DNA from: a virus
Length of the DNA stretch: 24,706 nucleotides
Direction: 5' to 3' (one strand)
Virus record (IMG/VR): IMGVR_UViG_3300045988_008368
Span: 1 to 24,706 of that record
Shown piece by piece: positions 1 to 8,131 of the stretch. The position numbers were made by a program, and so were the translations under genes. How positions within the stretch are numbered: the stretch's first letter is position 1; the number at the start of each line of letters is the position of its first letter. The notes below the pieces were generated by a model that made no database searches, was not told the DNA's origin, and saw only the letters and a program-made list of their open reading frames with translations.

Positions 1-1
1 T

Positions 2-1237
2 ATCAGGTTACCTGAAATAGTTGGAAGAGGATATAAGTCTTATTGGAACTTTAGAGGACGTTATGTTGCATGCAAAGGCTCACGTGCTTCTAAAAAATCG
101 AAAACAACCGCATTGCGCATCATATACAACATGATGAAATACGATCAGTCGAATACTCTTGTTGTTCGTAAAACTTATCGAACGCTTAAAGATTCGTGCT
201 TTACGGATTTAAAATGGGCCACAAAAAGGTTGGGAGTTGAGAACTTATGGGAATTCAAGTATTCACCTTTGGAAGCAACTTATCTTCCCACTGGACAGAA
301 GATTCTTTTTAGAGGACTTGATGATCCATTAAAAGTAACATCTATTACTGTTGAGTATGGATATTTGTGTTGGGCATGGCTTGAAGAAGCCTATGAGATA
401 ACAAGTGAAAAAGACTTTGATACCCTAGATGAGTCAATTCGTGGTGAGTTACCACCACATCTTTGGAAACAGTGGATGATTACATTCAACCCTTGGAACG
501 AACACCATTGGCTTAAAAAAAGATTCTTTGATGCAGAGAATGACCCTGACATATTAGCTATTACAACCAATTATAAGTGTAATGAATGGTTGGATGATGC
601 CGATTTAAGGTTGTTTGAAAATATGAAGAAGAACAATCCTAGACGATATCAGGTGGCCGGATTAGGAAATTGGGGTATTGTTGATGGATTGGTTTATGAG
701 AATTGGAAAGAGGAAGAATATACACTAGATCAAGTCGTTAACTGTGATTCTGTAGATGGTATTGACTTTGGGTATACGAATGACCCTGCTGCAGTTTTTA
801 TAGGTTTCATTGATACAGAACATAAAAAACTTTATGTTTGGGATGAGGTGTATAAAAAAGGCCTTTCCAACAAAAGGCTTTATGAGGAGATCGAAAGCTC
901 ACATTATCAAAAGAAGTCTTACACGGCAGACTGTGCAGAGCCTAAGTCGATTGATGAGCTAAGAGGGTATGGACTTCGTGTTGAGAAATCGCAAAAGGGA
1001 AAGGATTCCATTATGCATGGGATTCAATATATTCAAGATTTTGAAATTATCATTCATCCTAGATGTGTTAATTTCATAACCGAAATTGGTAACTATACAT
1101 GGGATGAAGATAGATTAGGAAACAAAATAAATCGTCCAATTGATGATTTTAACCACTTAATGGATGCAATGCGATATGCAGTTGAAAAATACACATTTGG
1201 ACGAGTTAAATTAAGGACATTTAAAGGAGGTATTTAA
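2..1237 (+). CDS. terL: Terminase large subunit (PBSX/XtmB-like), 5' end truncated by window edge
   Basis: The frame of ORF 113..1237 stays open back to nt 2. The upstream residues (...GRYVACKGSRASKKSKTTAL) look like the Walker A/P-loop of the terminase ATPase, so the TTG at 113 is not the true start. The C-terminal DDFNHLMDAMRYA is typical of the terminase nuclease domain. The gene sits immediately upstream of the portal gene, overlapping it by 1 nt. Confidence 0.9.
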   Translation: MRLPEIVGRGYKSYWNFRGRYVACKGSRASKKSKTTALRIIYNMMKYDQSNTLVVRKTYRTLKDSCFTDLKWATKRLGVENLWEFKYSPLEATYLPTGQKILFRGLDDPLKVTSITVEYGYLCWAWLEEAYEITSEKDFDTLDESIRGELPPHLWKQWMITFNPWNEHHWLKKRFFDAENDPDILAITTNYKCNEWLDDADLRLFENMKKNNPRRYQVAGLGNWGIVDGLVYENWKEEEYTLDQVVNCDSVDGIDFGYTNDPAAVFIGFIDTEHKKLYVWDEVYKKGLSNKRLYEEIESSHYQKKSYTADCAEPKSIDELRGYGLRVEKSQKGKDSIMHGIQYIQDFEIIIHPRCVNFITEIGNYTWDEDRLGNKINRPIDDFNHLMDAMRYAVEKYTFGRVKLRTFKGGI

Positions 1238-2595
1238 TGAACGCATACATTATTAAACCGGATACGATATTTAATCTATCTGACTATAAAGACATCATTA
1301 ATATTGAAGTGTTGAATGGATTGATAACAAGTCATAAGTCGTTAATCACAGACAGATATAAAAAGCTATATGATGCCTATATTGGAGATTATCCAATCTT
1401 GCATCAAGCCAACAAAGAAGCCTATAAACCCGATAACCGTGTGGTTGTCAACTTTGCAAAATACATTGTTGACACATTCAACGGTTTTTTTATTGGCGTT
1501 CCAATCAAAGTATCATCTAAGAAAAAAGAAATTGATGATTATATCAACTTGCTAGATAAATACAATGATCAGGACGACAACAATGCAGAACTATCTAAGA
1601 TTTGTAGTGTTTTTGGAAAAGGATATGAATTGTATTTCAATGATGATTATGGAAATCTAGGGATTACCTATTTAGATCCAAGAGAAGGATTCATGGTTTA
1701 TGATGAATCAACAGTTCAGAAGCCTAGATATTTCGTAACTTATCAGATTGTTGACGAGGTTATGCGTGGATATATCTACGACAAAACATATAAGTATGAG
1801 TTCAACGATAAAGGCGGTCTTCATGTGTTTGATGGTGTAGAGCATGGATTCAACGATATTCCGGCCACTGAATTTATTGAAAATGAAGAACGTATGTCTA
1901 TTTTTGAATCAACATACAGTTTGATCAATGCCTATAACAAAGCAATGTCAGAAAAAGCAAATGATGTTGATTATTTCGCAGATGCCTATTTAAAAATCTT
2001 AGGTCCAAAATTAGAAGAGTCAGATTTGGTACACATTCGTGATAATCGAACAATTAACTTTGAGTCAATGGATGGAAGTGGTGATGGAATTGTAGTTGAT
2101 TTCATGTCAAAGCCAAATGCAGATGCAACACAGGAAAATCTGATCAACAGATTAGAACGTTTAATCTTCCAAAACTCGATGGTGGCCAATATCAATGATG
2201 AGAACTTTGGAACGTCATCAGGTATTGCATTGAGATATAAGCTTCTTTCTATGTCAAACCTTGCAAAAGCGAAAGAGCGAAAGTTCACATCTGGAATGAA
2301 CCGTAGATATCGAGTCTTATTTAGTAATGCGATCACACATCGTTCTGAGAATGACTGGCTTGAGGTTGAATACAAGTTTACACAAAATTATCCTGCAAAC
2401 TTATTGGAAGAAGCACAGACTGCTGCACAATTATCAGGAATCGTGTCTCACGAAACTCAGTTGTCGCTTATCTCGGCAGTTGAAGATACGAATGCCGAAA
2501 TGGAACGTATCAAAAAGGAAGATGAGAATGATATGGTAGAAACTGAAAACCAAATCTTCCAGAATAACGAGGATTCGCAAAACGATGAGCAGTAA
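1237..2595 (+). CDS. Portal protein (SPP1 gp6-like)
   Basis: 452 aa, directly after terL and overlapping the MuF gene by 11 nt. It has an acidic C-terminal tail (EDENDMVETENQIFQNNEDSQNDEQ). The size and the terL-portal-MuF synteny are typical of SPP1-like head modules. Confidence 0.85.
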   Translation: MNAYIIKPDTIFNLSDYKDIINIEVLNGLITSHKSLITDRYKKLYDAYIGDYPILHQANKEAYKPDNRVVVNFAKYIVDTFNGFFIGVPIKVSSKKKEIDDYINLLDKYNDQDDNNAELSKICSVFGKGYELYFNDDYGNLGITYLDPREGFMVYDESTVQKPRYFVTYQIVDEVMRGYIYDKTYKYEFNDKGGLHVFDGVEHGFNDIPATEFIENEERMSIFESTYSLINAYNKAMSEKANDVDYFADAYLKILGPKLEESDLVHIRDNRTINFESMDGSGDGIVVDFMSKPNADATQENLINRLERLIFQNSMVANINDENFGTSSGIALRYKLLSMSNLAKAKERKFTSGMNRRYRVLFSNAITHRSENDWLEVEYKFTQNYPANLLEEAQTAAQLSGIVSHETQLSLISAVEDTNAEMERIKKEDENDMVETENQIFQNNEDSQNDEQ

Positions 2596-4009
2596 AACAT
2601 ATTGGCGAGATCGTGAACTGGAATGGAAAAAGAAACGTTTAAAAGATGAAAAGCAATATGCGGATGAAATACAAGAAATATATGCAAATATGATGGATTC
2701 GGTTGAAAAGGAAATCGAATCCTTTTTTACTCGCTATGCCAATAAAGAAAACATCACTATGGCAGAAGCCAAAAAGAGAGTTTCTAACATAGATATCCAA
2801 GCATATCAAAGAAAAGCTAAGAAGTATGTAAAGGAAAAGAACTTTTCAGATGAAGCCAATGAACAGATGAGACTTTATAACTTAGCAATGAAAGTCAACC
2901 GATTGGAGCTTTTAAAAGCGAACATTGGATTAGAACTTGTGGCAGGCCATGACGAATTGAAGTCGTATACTGGTGATAAACTGGAAGGAGCCTATTTAGA
3001 AGAACTCAAACGTAATGCTTCTATCTTAGGTGATACAGTGATTGACAATGCGAAGATGGCCAAAACAGTAGCAGATTCATCTTTTAAGAACGCAACCTTT
3101 TCAGAACGAATTTGGGTCAATCAAGAACAGTTAAAAAACAGTTTATCCAGTGTTCTATCTAATGCATTAATCCAAGGCAAGAATCCAAGAGAATTCATTC
3201 CTCAGATTAGAAAGAAATTTGATGTATCAAGATGCAATGCGGAAAGATTGTTGCGAACAGAAATTGCACGAGTTCAAACACAAGCACAGGCAGAATCTTA
3301 CGAAGCTAACGGAATAGATGAGTATGAATATATAGCCTGTAGCTTAAAAGATGTGTGCCCATTATGTAAAGAAATGGATGGCAAGGTCTTTAAACTTAAA
3401 GACATGGAAATAGGAGAAAATGCTCCACCTATGCATCCAAATTGTCATTGTGCGCTCGCACCTTATTCAGACCGCAAGGAGTATGAGAAGTGGCTAGATG
3501 GATTAGCAAACGGAGAGCATAGTTTAAGGTTTGACGAGTGGAAAGAATTAGAGGCTAAAACAAATAACTCTGGTGCATTAAATGGTGCTTGGAATAACGA
3601 AAATGACCCAAACTATAAAAAAAGAGACGAGATTGCAAAAGCACTGTACGCTCAAATTACAAATAGAAAAAAATCTTATGAAATAAAACAAGTAGCTAAA
3701 AATTCAGGTTTTACAGAGGAAGAGGTAAGTAATATATATGAACATGTGTTTATTCGCAAACATAAATTTAGAAGTGGAGAAATAAAAAAGTTTGACCCTG
3801 ACTATTATATGGCACATTCTTGGCTTAGACTTAGACAGGGAAAGGATATTCAAAAACACGATATAACAATGTTAAATCATGAATTAGCTGAAGAGAAAGA
3901 AATGCAAGATAGCCTCGATGTTATATATGAAGATAGTCATGAAAGAGTCCAAAAAATATATAATTATCAAAAAGAATTGCTTGAGTATCTTAAGGACCAT
4001 GATGTATAA
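2585..4009 (+). CDS. Head morphogenesis / minor capsid protein, MuF (SPP1 gp7) family, with about 180-aa C-terminal extension
   Basis: MuF signature region RTEIARVQTQAQAESY ... CPLCKEMDGKVF ... PPMHPNCHCALAPY (about aa 225-295). The residues beyond about nt 3470 are additional to a minimal gp7. Confidence 0.85.
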   Translation: MSSKTYWRDRELEWKKKRLKDEKQYADEIQEIYANMMDSVEKEIESFFTRYANKENITMAEAKKRVSNIDIQAYQRKAKKYVKEKNFSDEANEQMRLYNLAMKVNRLELLKANIGLELVAGHDELKSYTGDKLEGAYLEELKRNASILGDTVIDNAKMAKTVADSSFKNATFSERIWVNQEQLKNSLSSVLSNALIQGKNPREFIPQIRKKFDVSRCNAERLLRTEIARVQTQAQAESYEANGIDEYEYIACSLKDVCPLCKEMDGKVFKLKDMEIGENAPPMHPNCHCALAPYSDRKEYEKWLDGLANGEHSLRFDEWKELEAKTNNSGALNGAWNNENDPNYKKRDEIAKALYAQITNRKKSYEIKQVAKNSGFTEEEVSNIYEHVFIRKHKFRSGEIKKFDPDYYMAHSWLRLRQGKDIQKHDITMLNHELAEEKEMQDSLDVIYEDSHERVQKIYNYQKELLEYLKDHDV

Positions 4010-4033
4010 TTTCATATAGAAAGAGGTGGTAAA

Positions 4034-4252
4034 ATGATTACATTTGAGCTATTAGAATATAAAAATGGCAGATATGTGTATTTGTTTTCACCTGACATAG
4101 ACCCAAATGCAAAAGGAAAAGTTGCGATATACGATGATGGGAATCGCGAAGTGTTGGAACAGTCATCCGTTGATGTTAAGCAGTATTATGCAGGCCATGC
4201 TCTATGGGGTATTTCAGCAGGAGAAAAGGCAGGCACTGTTGCTTGGTGCTAA
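4034..4252 (+). CDS. Small hypothetical protein (72 aa), possible partner or immunity protein of the MuF C-terminal domain
   Basis: RBS GAAAGAGGTGG lies 5-6 nt upstream of the ATG. The ORF is tightly coupled to the MuF gene, 24 nt downstream, and is followed by an intrinsic terminator. I do not recognise a family. Confidence 0.6.
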   Translation: MITFELLEYKNGRYVYLFSPDIDPNAKGKVAIYDDGNREVLEQSSVDVKQYYAGHALWGISAGEKAGTVAWC

Positions 4253-4272
4253 GACATTTATTAAAAAAAATT

Positions 4273-4298
4273 AGGTCACTCAAAACGAGTGGCCTTTT
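4273..4298 (+). terminator. Rho-independent terminator-like hairpin
   Basis: Stem AGGTCACTC (4273..4281), loop AAAAC, stem GAGTGGCCT (4287..4295, one G.U pair), then TTT. It lies 20 nt after the stop of the 72-aa ORF. Confidence 0.6.
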
Positions 4299-4321
4299 AT
4301 TATGCAAGGGAGCGATATTAT

Positions 4322-4630
4322 GTGATAAGAATTAAGATTAAACAGACAAAACGTGATTGCTTGATTGAAGTACATGGCCATGCGTATTACGCTCCGATAG
4401 GAAAAGATATCGTCTGCAGCGCTATCTCAGTACTATTTGCGACATTGGCCAATTCAATTGACATGACATCCGATGCATTTTGCAGATACGATAGTCCTGA
4501 TGAGAATTACAAGACGTTGTATATCTCAGGACTAGACCTTGCTGGAGAATTAGCAATAAATTTCTTCAGAATTGGATGCAAAGGCACAGAAGAAGCATAT
4601 CCTGAATGTGTGGAACTGAGAGATGTGTAA
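4322..4630 (+). CDS. prp: Prp-like cysteine protease (ribosomal-processing cysteine protease / DUF464 family), phage-encoded
   Basis: EVHGHAYYAPIGKDIVCSAISVL matches the Prp/YsxB catalytic His ... (G)xDIVC(A/S)A(V/I)S motif. The track ORF starts at GTG 4289, inside the upstream terminator hairpin. GTG 4322 has a GGGAG RBS 9 nt upstream and gives the family-typical N-terminus MIRIKI..., so I use 4322. Confidence 0.8.
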   Translation: MIRIKIKQTKRDCLIEVHGHAYYAPIGKDIVCSAISVLFATLANSIDMTSDAFCRYDSPDENYKTLYISGLDLAGELAINFFRIGCKGTEEAYPECVELRDV

Positions 4631-4682
4631 TCACAAATATTTGGAGCGTGTCGAAAGACAATATTATGATCAATGGCTAGAG

Positions 4683-4719
4683 TGCATCGTTGAAGTACGA
4701 AATCAACGGTGCATTTTTT
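4683..4719 (+). terminator. Rho-independent terminator-like hairpin in the 246-nt gap between prp and scaffold
   Basis: Stem TGCATCGTTGA (4683..4693), 9-nt loop, stem TCAACGGTGCA (4703..4713, one G.U pair), followed by TTTTTT (4714..4719). Confidence 0.65.
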
Positions 4720-4876
4720 GTGGAAAAGCCAAGACTTATAAAGTCTACATATCCACATTACCAAACAAGACCAAGCATTCACGTCGTTAAACTGTATGGG
4801 TTATAGGCCAAGCATTTATGCCTTAAAAAGATATGGGAAATGACAAGCAAAGTCAGAAAAATAGGAGGAAATATAT

Positions 4877-5497
4877 ATGAAAAAATTCAATGACAGACTA
4901 CCTTTTTGCTTACAACTTTTTGCAGATGAAACTTCAGGTGAAAATGAGGGTACAGAAACAAAAAATACTCAATCAACTGAAGGACAAGACAACCAAGAAA
5001 AAAACAAAGCATCTGAAAAAAAGTATTCAGATGAAGATTTGAATGCGATTCTTGACAAAAGGTTTGCACGTTGGAAAGCGGATCAAGAAAAAGAAAAAGC
5101 AGAAGCTAAGCGCTTAGCAGAAATGAATGCTCAAGAACGAGCAGAAGCAGAACGTGATAAAGTAAAAAAAGAGTTGGATGAATTGAAAGCAAAAAATGCG
5201 ATTGCAGAAATGACAAATGAAGCACGCAAAATGTGCACAGAGCACAATATTAACGTTGGTGATGACCTTTTATCTGTTCTAGTTAATCAAGATGCAGATA
5301 AAACAAAGAAAGCGGTTGATGCATTCGTTAAGATGTTTGAATCTGAAGTAGAAAAAGCAGTTAAAGAAAAACTGAAAGGCAACGGTCCTAAACGTGGAGG
5401 TTCAAACAAAGGGGTAACTCGTGAATCAATCTTGAATATCACTGATCCGATGGAAAGACAACGCATGATTGCGGAAAACATGGATTTATTCCAGTAA
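4877..5497 (+). CDS. Capsid scaffolding protein
   Basis: Strong RBS AGGAGG. 206 aa, highly charged and coiled-coil-like (KADQEKEKAEAKRLAEMNAQERAEAERDKVKKELDELKAK). It lies immediately upstream of the major capsid gene. The N-terminal leader ends in LQLFA. Confidence 0.85.
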   Translation: MKKFNDRLPFCLQLFADETSGENEGTETKNTQSTEGQDNQEKNKASEKKYSDEDLNAILDKRFARWKADQEKEKAEAKRLAEMNAQERAEAERDKVKKELDELKAKNAIAEMTNEARKMCTEHNINVGDDLLSVLVNQDADKTKKAVDAFVKMFESEVEKAVKEKLKGNGPKRGGSNKGVTRESILNITDPMERQRMIAENMDLFQ

Positions 5498-5518
5498 TAG
5501 AAAAAGGAGAACTAACAT

Positions 5519-6724
5519 ATGAAAAAAATTTATAAAGGTATGAACTTGCAAATGTTTGCAGCACCTACAGGATTAACAGGAACAGGCAACATCCAAGTTA
5601 GAGCACACGAAATTGATTTTGTTACTAGTTTTGGAAAGAACATCCAAGCTTTATTGGACGTATTAGGAATTATTCGTCCAATTCGTAAAGCAAACGGTTC
5701 TGTTTTGAAAACAAAGAAAGTAACAGGAACATTACAGGACGGACATGTAGCAGAAGGCGAATCAATTCCATTAAGCGAATACAAAGTTGAAGAAGAAGTG
5801 TTCGATACAATTCAAATCGAGAAATTCCGTAAAGCCGTTCCTATTGAAGCAATTGCAGAGAAAGGATATGAAGCTGCAGTATCTGATACTGACGAACAGT
5901 TCCGTATTGATTTGCAAGATAACATCACTGATCGCTTATATGCTCAATTAAATTCAGGTAGCTTAGTAGGACATGAAGCGACTTGGCAAATGGCTATCGC
6001 AATGGCAATCGGTAATGTTAAACACAAATTCCAACAAATGAAACGAAATACTACTGGTATTGTTGTATTCGTAAATACTTTGGATGCTTACCGCTATTTA
6101 GGAGAAGCTAATGTATCTATGCAGACTGCATTCGGTTTAACATACATTAAGAACTTCTTAGGAGCAGATATTGTATTTTTAACAGACCGAGTTGCAGAAA
6201 AAACAGTAGTGGCTACTCCAATGAACAACATCATTGCATATTATGTAGATCCAAGCGATTCTGAATTTGTTAAAGCAGGACTTTCATATACTACTGACAG
6301 TACTACTGGCTTCTTAGGATTCCATGTAGAAGGGAACTATGATCGTGCTATTTCTGATATGTTCGCTATCATGGGATTACGTTTAATGTGTGAATACCAA
6401 GATGCAATTGCACACTTTGCAGTAGGTGGTTCTGATACTCAGACATTGCGTAATTTAACATTAACGGCTTCTAAAGGTGAAGAAACAGGAACTACAAAAG
6501 TAGCAGTTGACGAACAGTTGCAATCTATGAATAACAAATTCAAATTCAAGGTAGGAGCTTCTGAAGAAACAGTGGCATATGGTACAGATGTAAAATCTTG
6601 GAAGAATTTCGAAGAAGGAGCAGATATCAAAGCAGCAGAATCTAATCATTGTACAGTAGTTGAATGTGACAGAAACTACAAAGCAGTATCAAAAGGCGAT
6701 GTAGTTGTTGATTTAAAGGCGTAG
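5519..6724 (+). CDS. Major capsid protein with appended C-terminal Ig-like/decoration module
   Basis: RBS AAGGAG. 401 aa, following the scaffold gene. N-terminal leader MKKIYKGMNLQMFA. The C-terminal ~95 aa (KFKFKVGASEETVAYGTDVKSWKNFEEGADIKAAESNHCTVVECDRNYKAVSKGDVVV) resemble the beta-rich surface modules appended to capsid and tail proteins of Firmicute phages. Confidence 0.85.
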   Translation: MKKIYKGMNLQMFAAPTGLTGTGNIQVRAHEIDFVTSFGKNIQALLDVLGIIRPIRKANGSVLKTKKVTGTLQDGHVAEGESIPLSEYKVEEEVFDTIQIEKFRKAVPIEAIAEKGYEAAVSDTDEQFRIDLQDNITDRLYAQLNSGSLVGHEATWQMAIAMAIGNVKHKFQQMKRNTTGIVVFVNTLDAYRYLGEANVSMQTAFGLTYIKNFLGADIVFLTDRVAEKTVVATPMNNIIAYYVDPSDSEFVKAGLSYTTDSTTGFLGFHVEGNYDRAISDMFAIMGLRLMCEYQDAIAHFAVGGSDTQTLRNLTLTASKGEETGTTKVAVDEQLQSMNNKFKFKVGASEETVAYGTDVKSWKNFEEGADIKAAESNHCTVVECDRNYKAVSKGDVVVDLKA

Positions 6725-6734
6725 GTGATTGAAG

Positions 6735-7065
6735 ATGTCGACAACAACCGTATTAAATGATGTAAAACTGCTTCTTGGTTTGCAAACTGATGATGAAAAG
6801 CTAGATACCCATTGTAAGACTTACGGAAAGTCGACTAAAAGCGCTTCTGAGCGTAAAAATCATACCGGATGAACTAGAATATATCATTACCGAAGTGTCC
6901 ATCAAACGCTTTAATAGGATTGGTTCTGAGGGTGTTCAAACACATTCAGTTGAAGGGGAGTCAATGTCATTTAATGATGATGACTTCTCTTCTTTCTCTT
7001 CTGAGATTCAATCCTGGAGAGATGAGCAAGCCAATCAAAATAAAGGAAAGGTTCGGTTCTTATGA
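6735..7065 (+). pseudogene. Head-tail connector (gp6-like / Phage_connect_1-type) gene interrupted by a +1 frameshift
   Basis: ATG 6735 (RBS AGGTGA) gives MSTTTVLNDVKLLLGLQTDDEKLDT, then runs into nonsense and a TGA at 6870..6872. The +1 frame is open from 6805 to TGA 7063..7065. It reads (P)IVRLTESRLKALLSVKIIPDELEYIITEVSIKRFNRIGSEGVQTHSVEGESMSFNDDDF..., the conserved body of this family, and ends in an ATGA overlap with the next gene. The ORF track lists no ORF of at least 60 aa here, which fits a real break in the given sequence. Removing one C from the CCC run at 6808..6810 restores a single ~109-codon ORF. Confidence 0.75.
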
Positions 7066-7364
7066 GGTACGATAAGCCTATTTACTTTCAAAGGTATGTG
7101 CAAGGTTCTTATAACGAGAACACAGGCAACTATGAAGATGGTTCACCTGTAGAAGAAATGGTAATGGCTTCCATAATGGATACAAAAACACAAACTATGA
7201 TGCAGGTATACGGACAAATCAAACAAGGAAGCCTTACTTGTCATATTCAGAATATCTATCAAAAGTCTTTTGATTATATTCGAATCGGTGCAAAGAGATA
7301 CAAAGTTGATTACTCACGAAGACTCCGAACAAAGGAGTCTTTTATTCTGTCTGAGGTGCAATAA
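7062..7364 (+). CDS. Head closure / head-tail adaptor protein (SPP1 gp16-like)
   Basis: 100 aa, in the position after the connector gene. The pattern PIYFQ ... tandem Met-rich region ... YIRIGAKRYKV is typical of phage head closure proteins. Confidence 0.7.
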   Translation: MRYDKPIYFQRYVQGSYNENTGNYEDGSPVEEMVMASIMDTKTQTMMQVYGQIKQGSLTCHIQNIYQKSFDYIRIGAKRYKVDYSRRLRTKESFILSEVQ

Positions 7365-7712
7365 ATGGCAAAAGTTGAAATAAGAGGATTAGATAAACTG
7401 CAGAAGAAGCTCAAAAAGAATTGTTCTTTGGAAGATGTGAAAACAGTTGTTTTGAAGAATGGAATGGATATGCAAAATAAAACTGTTAAAAATGCAGTAT
7501 TTACAAAAGGGTATTCAACAGGCACTACGAAAAGAAGTATCAGAGGTGAAACACGTGATGGCGGATTCACATATGCAGAAGGACCATCTACACATTATGC
7601 ACCTTATGTTGAATTTGGAACACGTTTTATGGATGCACAACCTTTTGTTAGGCCTGCGTTTAAACAACAAGTACCAATATTCAAGTCAGACATGAAAAAA
7701 CTAGTTAAGTAG
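7365..7712 (+). CDS. HK97 gp10-family tail component
   Basis: HYAPYVEFGTRFMDAQPFVRPAF is the hallmark Y.xYVEFGT...PF..PA motif of the HK97 gp10 family. The start codon directly abuts the previous stop. Confidence 0.8.
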   Translation: MAKVEIRGLDKLQKKLKKNCSLEDVKTVVLKNGMDMQNKTVKNAVFTKGYSTGTTKRSIRGETRDGGFTYAEGPSTHYAPYVEFGTRFMDAQPFVRPAFKQQVPIFKSDMKKLVK

Positions 7713-7720
7713 GTGATGCA

Positions 7721-8131
7721 ATGGATTCACAACAAGAGTTATTCATTGCACTAAAAGTGCAATTAGAAAAAGCGTTAAAAAGTAAAGGCGTTAATGTATA
7801 TGACACGTTTCTTCCAAGTGAAGGGACACCATATCCATATGTATACATTGGTTCAAGTCAACTAGTGGACGATTACGGAAATAAAACAATGATTCTAGGC
7901 ACTATCACGCAGGTTGTGGATGTTTGGCACAACAATCCTAGGAAGCGTGGAGAATTGTCTGAAATTATGCAAACCATTAAGAAAGTGGCTAGACAAATCA
8001 ACCACACAAACAACTTTGCTTTTATGATCCAAAATATCAACCAACGGATATTATCGGATTCAAGTACAGGAGCACCATTGATGCATGGTGTTCTAGAGTT
8101 GGATTTTAGAATTACAGGAGGAATAAAATAA
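7721..8131 (+). CDS. Tail terminator / tail completion protein (SPP1 gp17-like)
   Basis: 136 aa, immediately upstream of the major tail protein gene and overlapping it by 1 nt. Assigned by synteny and size only. Confidence 0.6.
   Translation: MDSQQELFIALKVQLEKALKSKGVNVYDTFLPSEGTPYPYVYIGSSQLVDDYGNKTMILGTITQVVDVWHNNPRKRGELSEIMQTIKKVARQINHTNNFAFMIQNINQRILSDSSTGAPLMHGVLELDFRITGGIK

Noticed and set aside
113-115. TTG 113 as the terminase start
   Set aside because: The frame is open to the window edge, and the upstream residues contain the Walker A-like motif. The gene is truncated by the window.
1986-2375. Antisense and alternate-frame ORFs in the track (e.g. 1370..1555, 1986..2375-, 2457..2687-, 4507..4782-, 5530..5784-, 7310..7570-, 8196..8480-, 10444..10794-, 11578..11814-, 13132..13350-, 14720..15007-, 15491..15784, 17323..17526-, 18972..19178, 21445..21723)
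   Set aside because: All are fully embedded in longer, motif-supported genes, lack RBSs, and have low-complexity or Cys/Phe/Leu-rich shadow-frame composition.
3878-3895. HELAEE in the MuF C-terminal extension as a zinc-metalloprotease active site
   Set aside because: It is HExxE, not the HExxH zincin motif, and I could identify no third ligand motif. It is mentioned only as a caveat.
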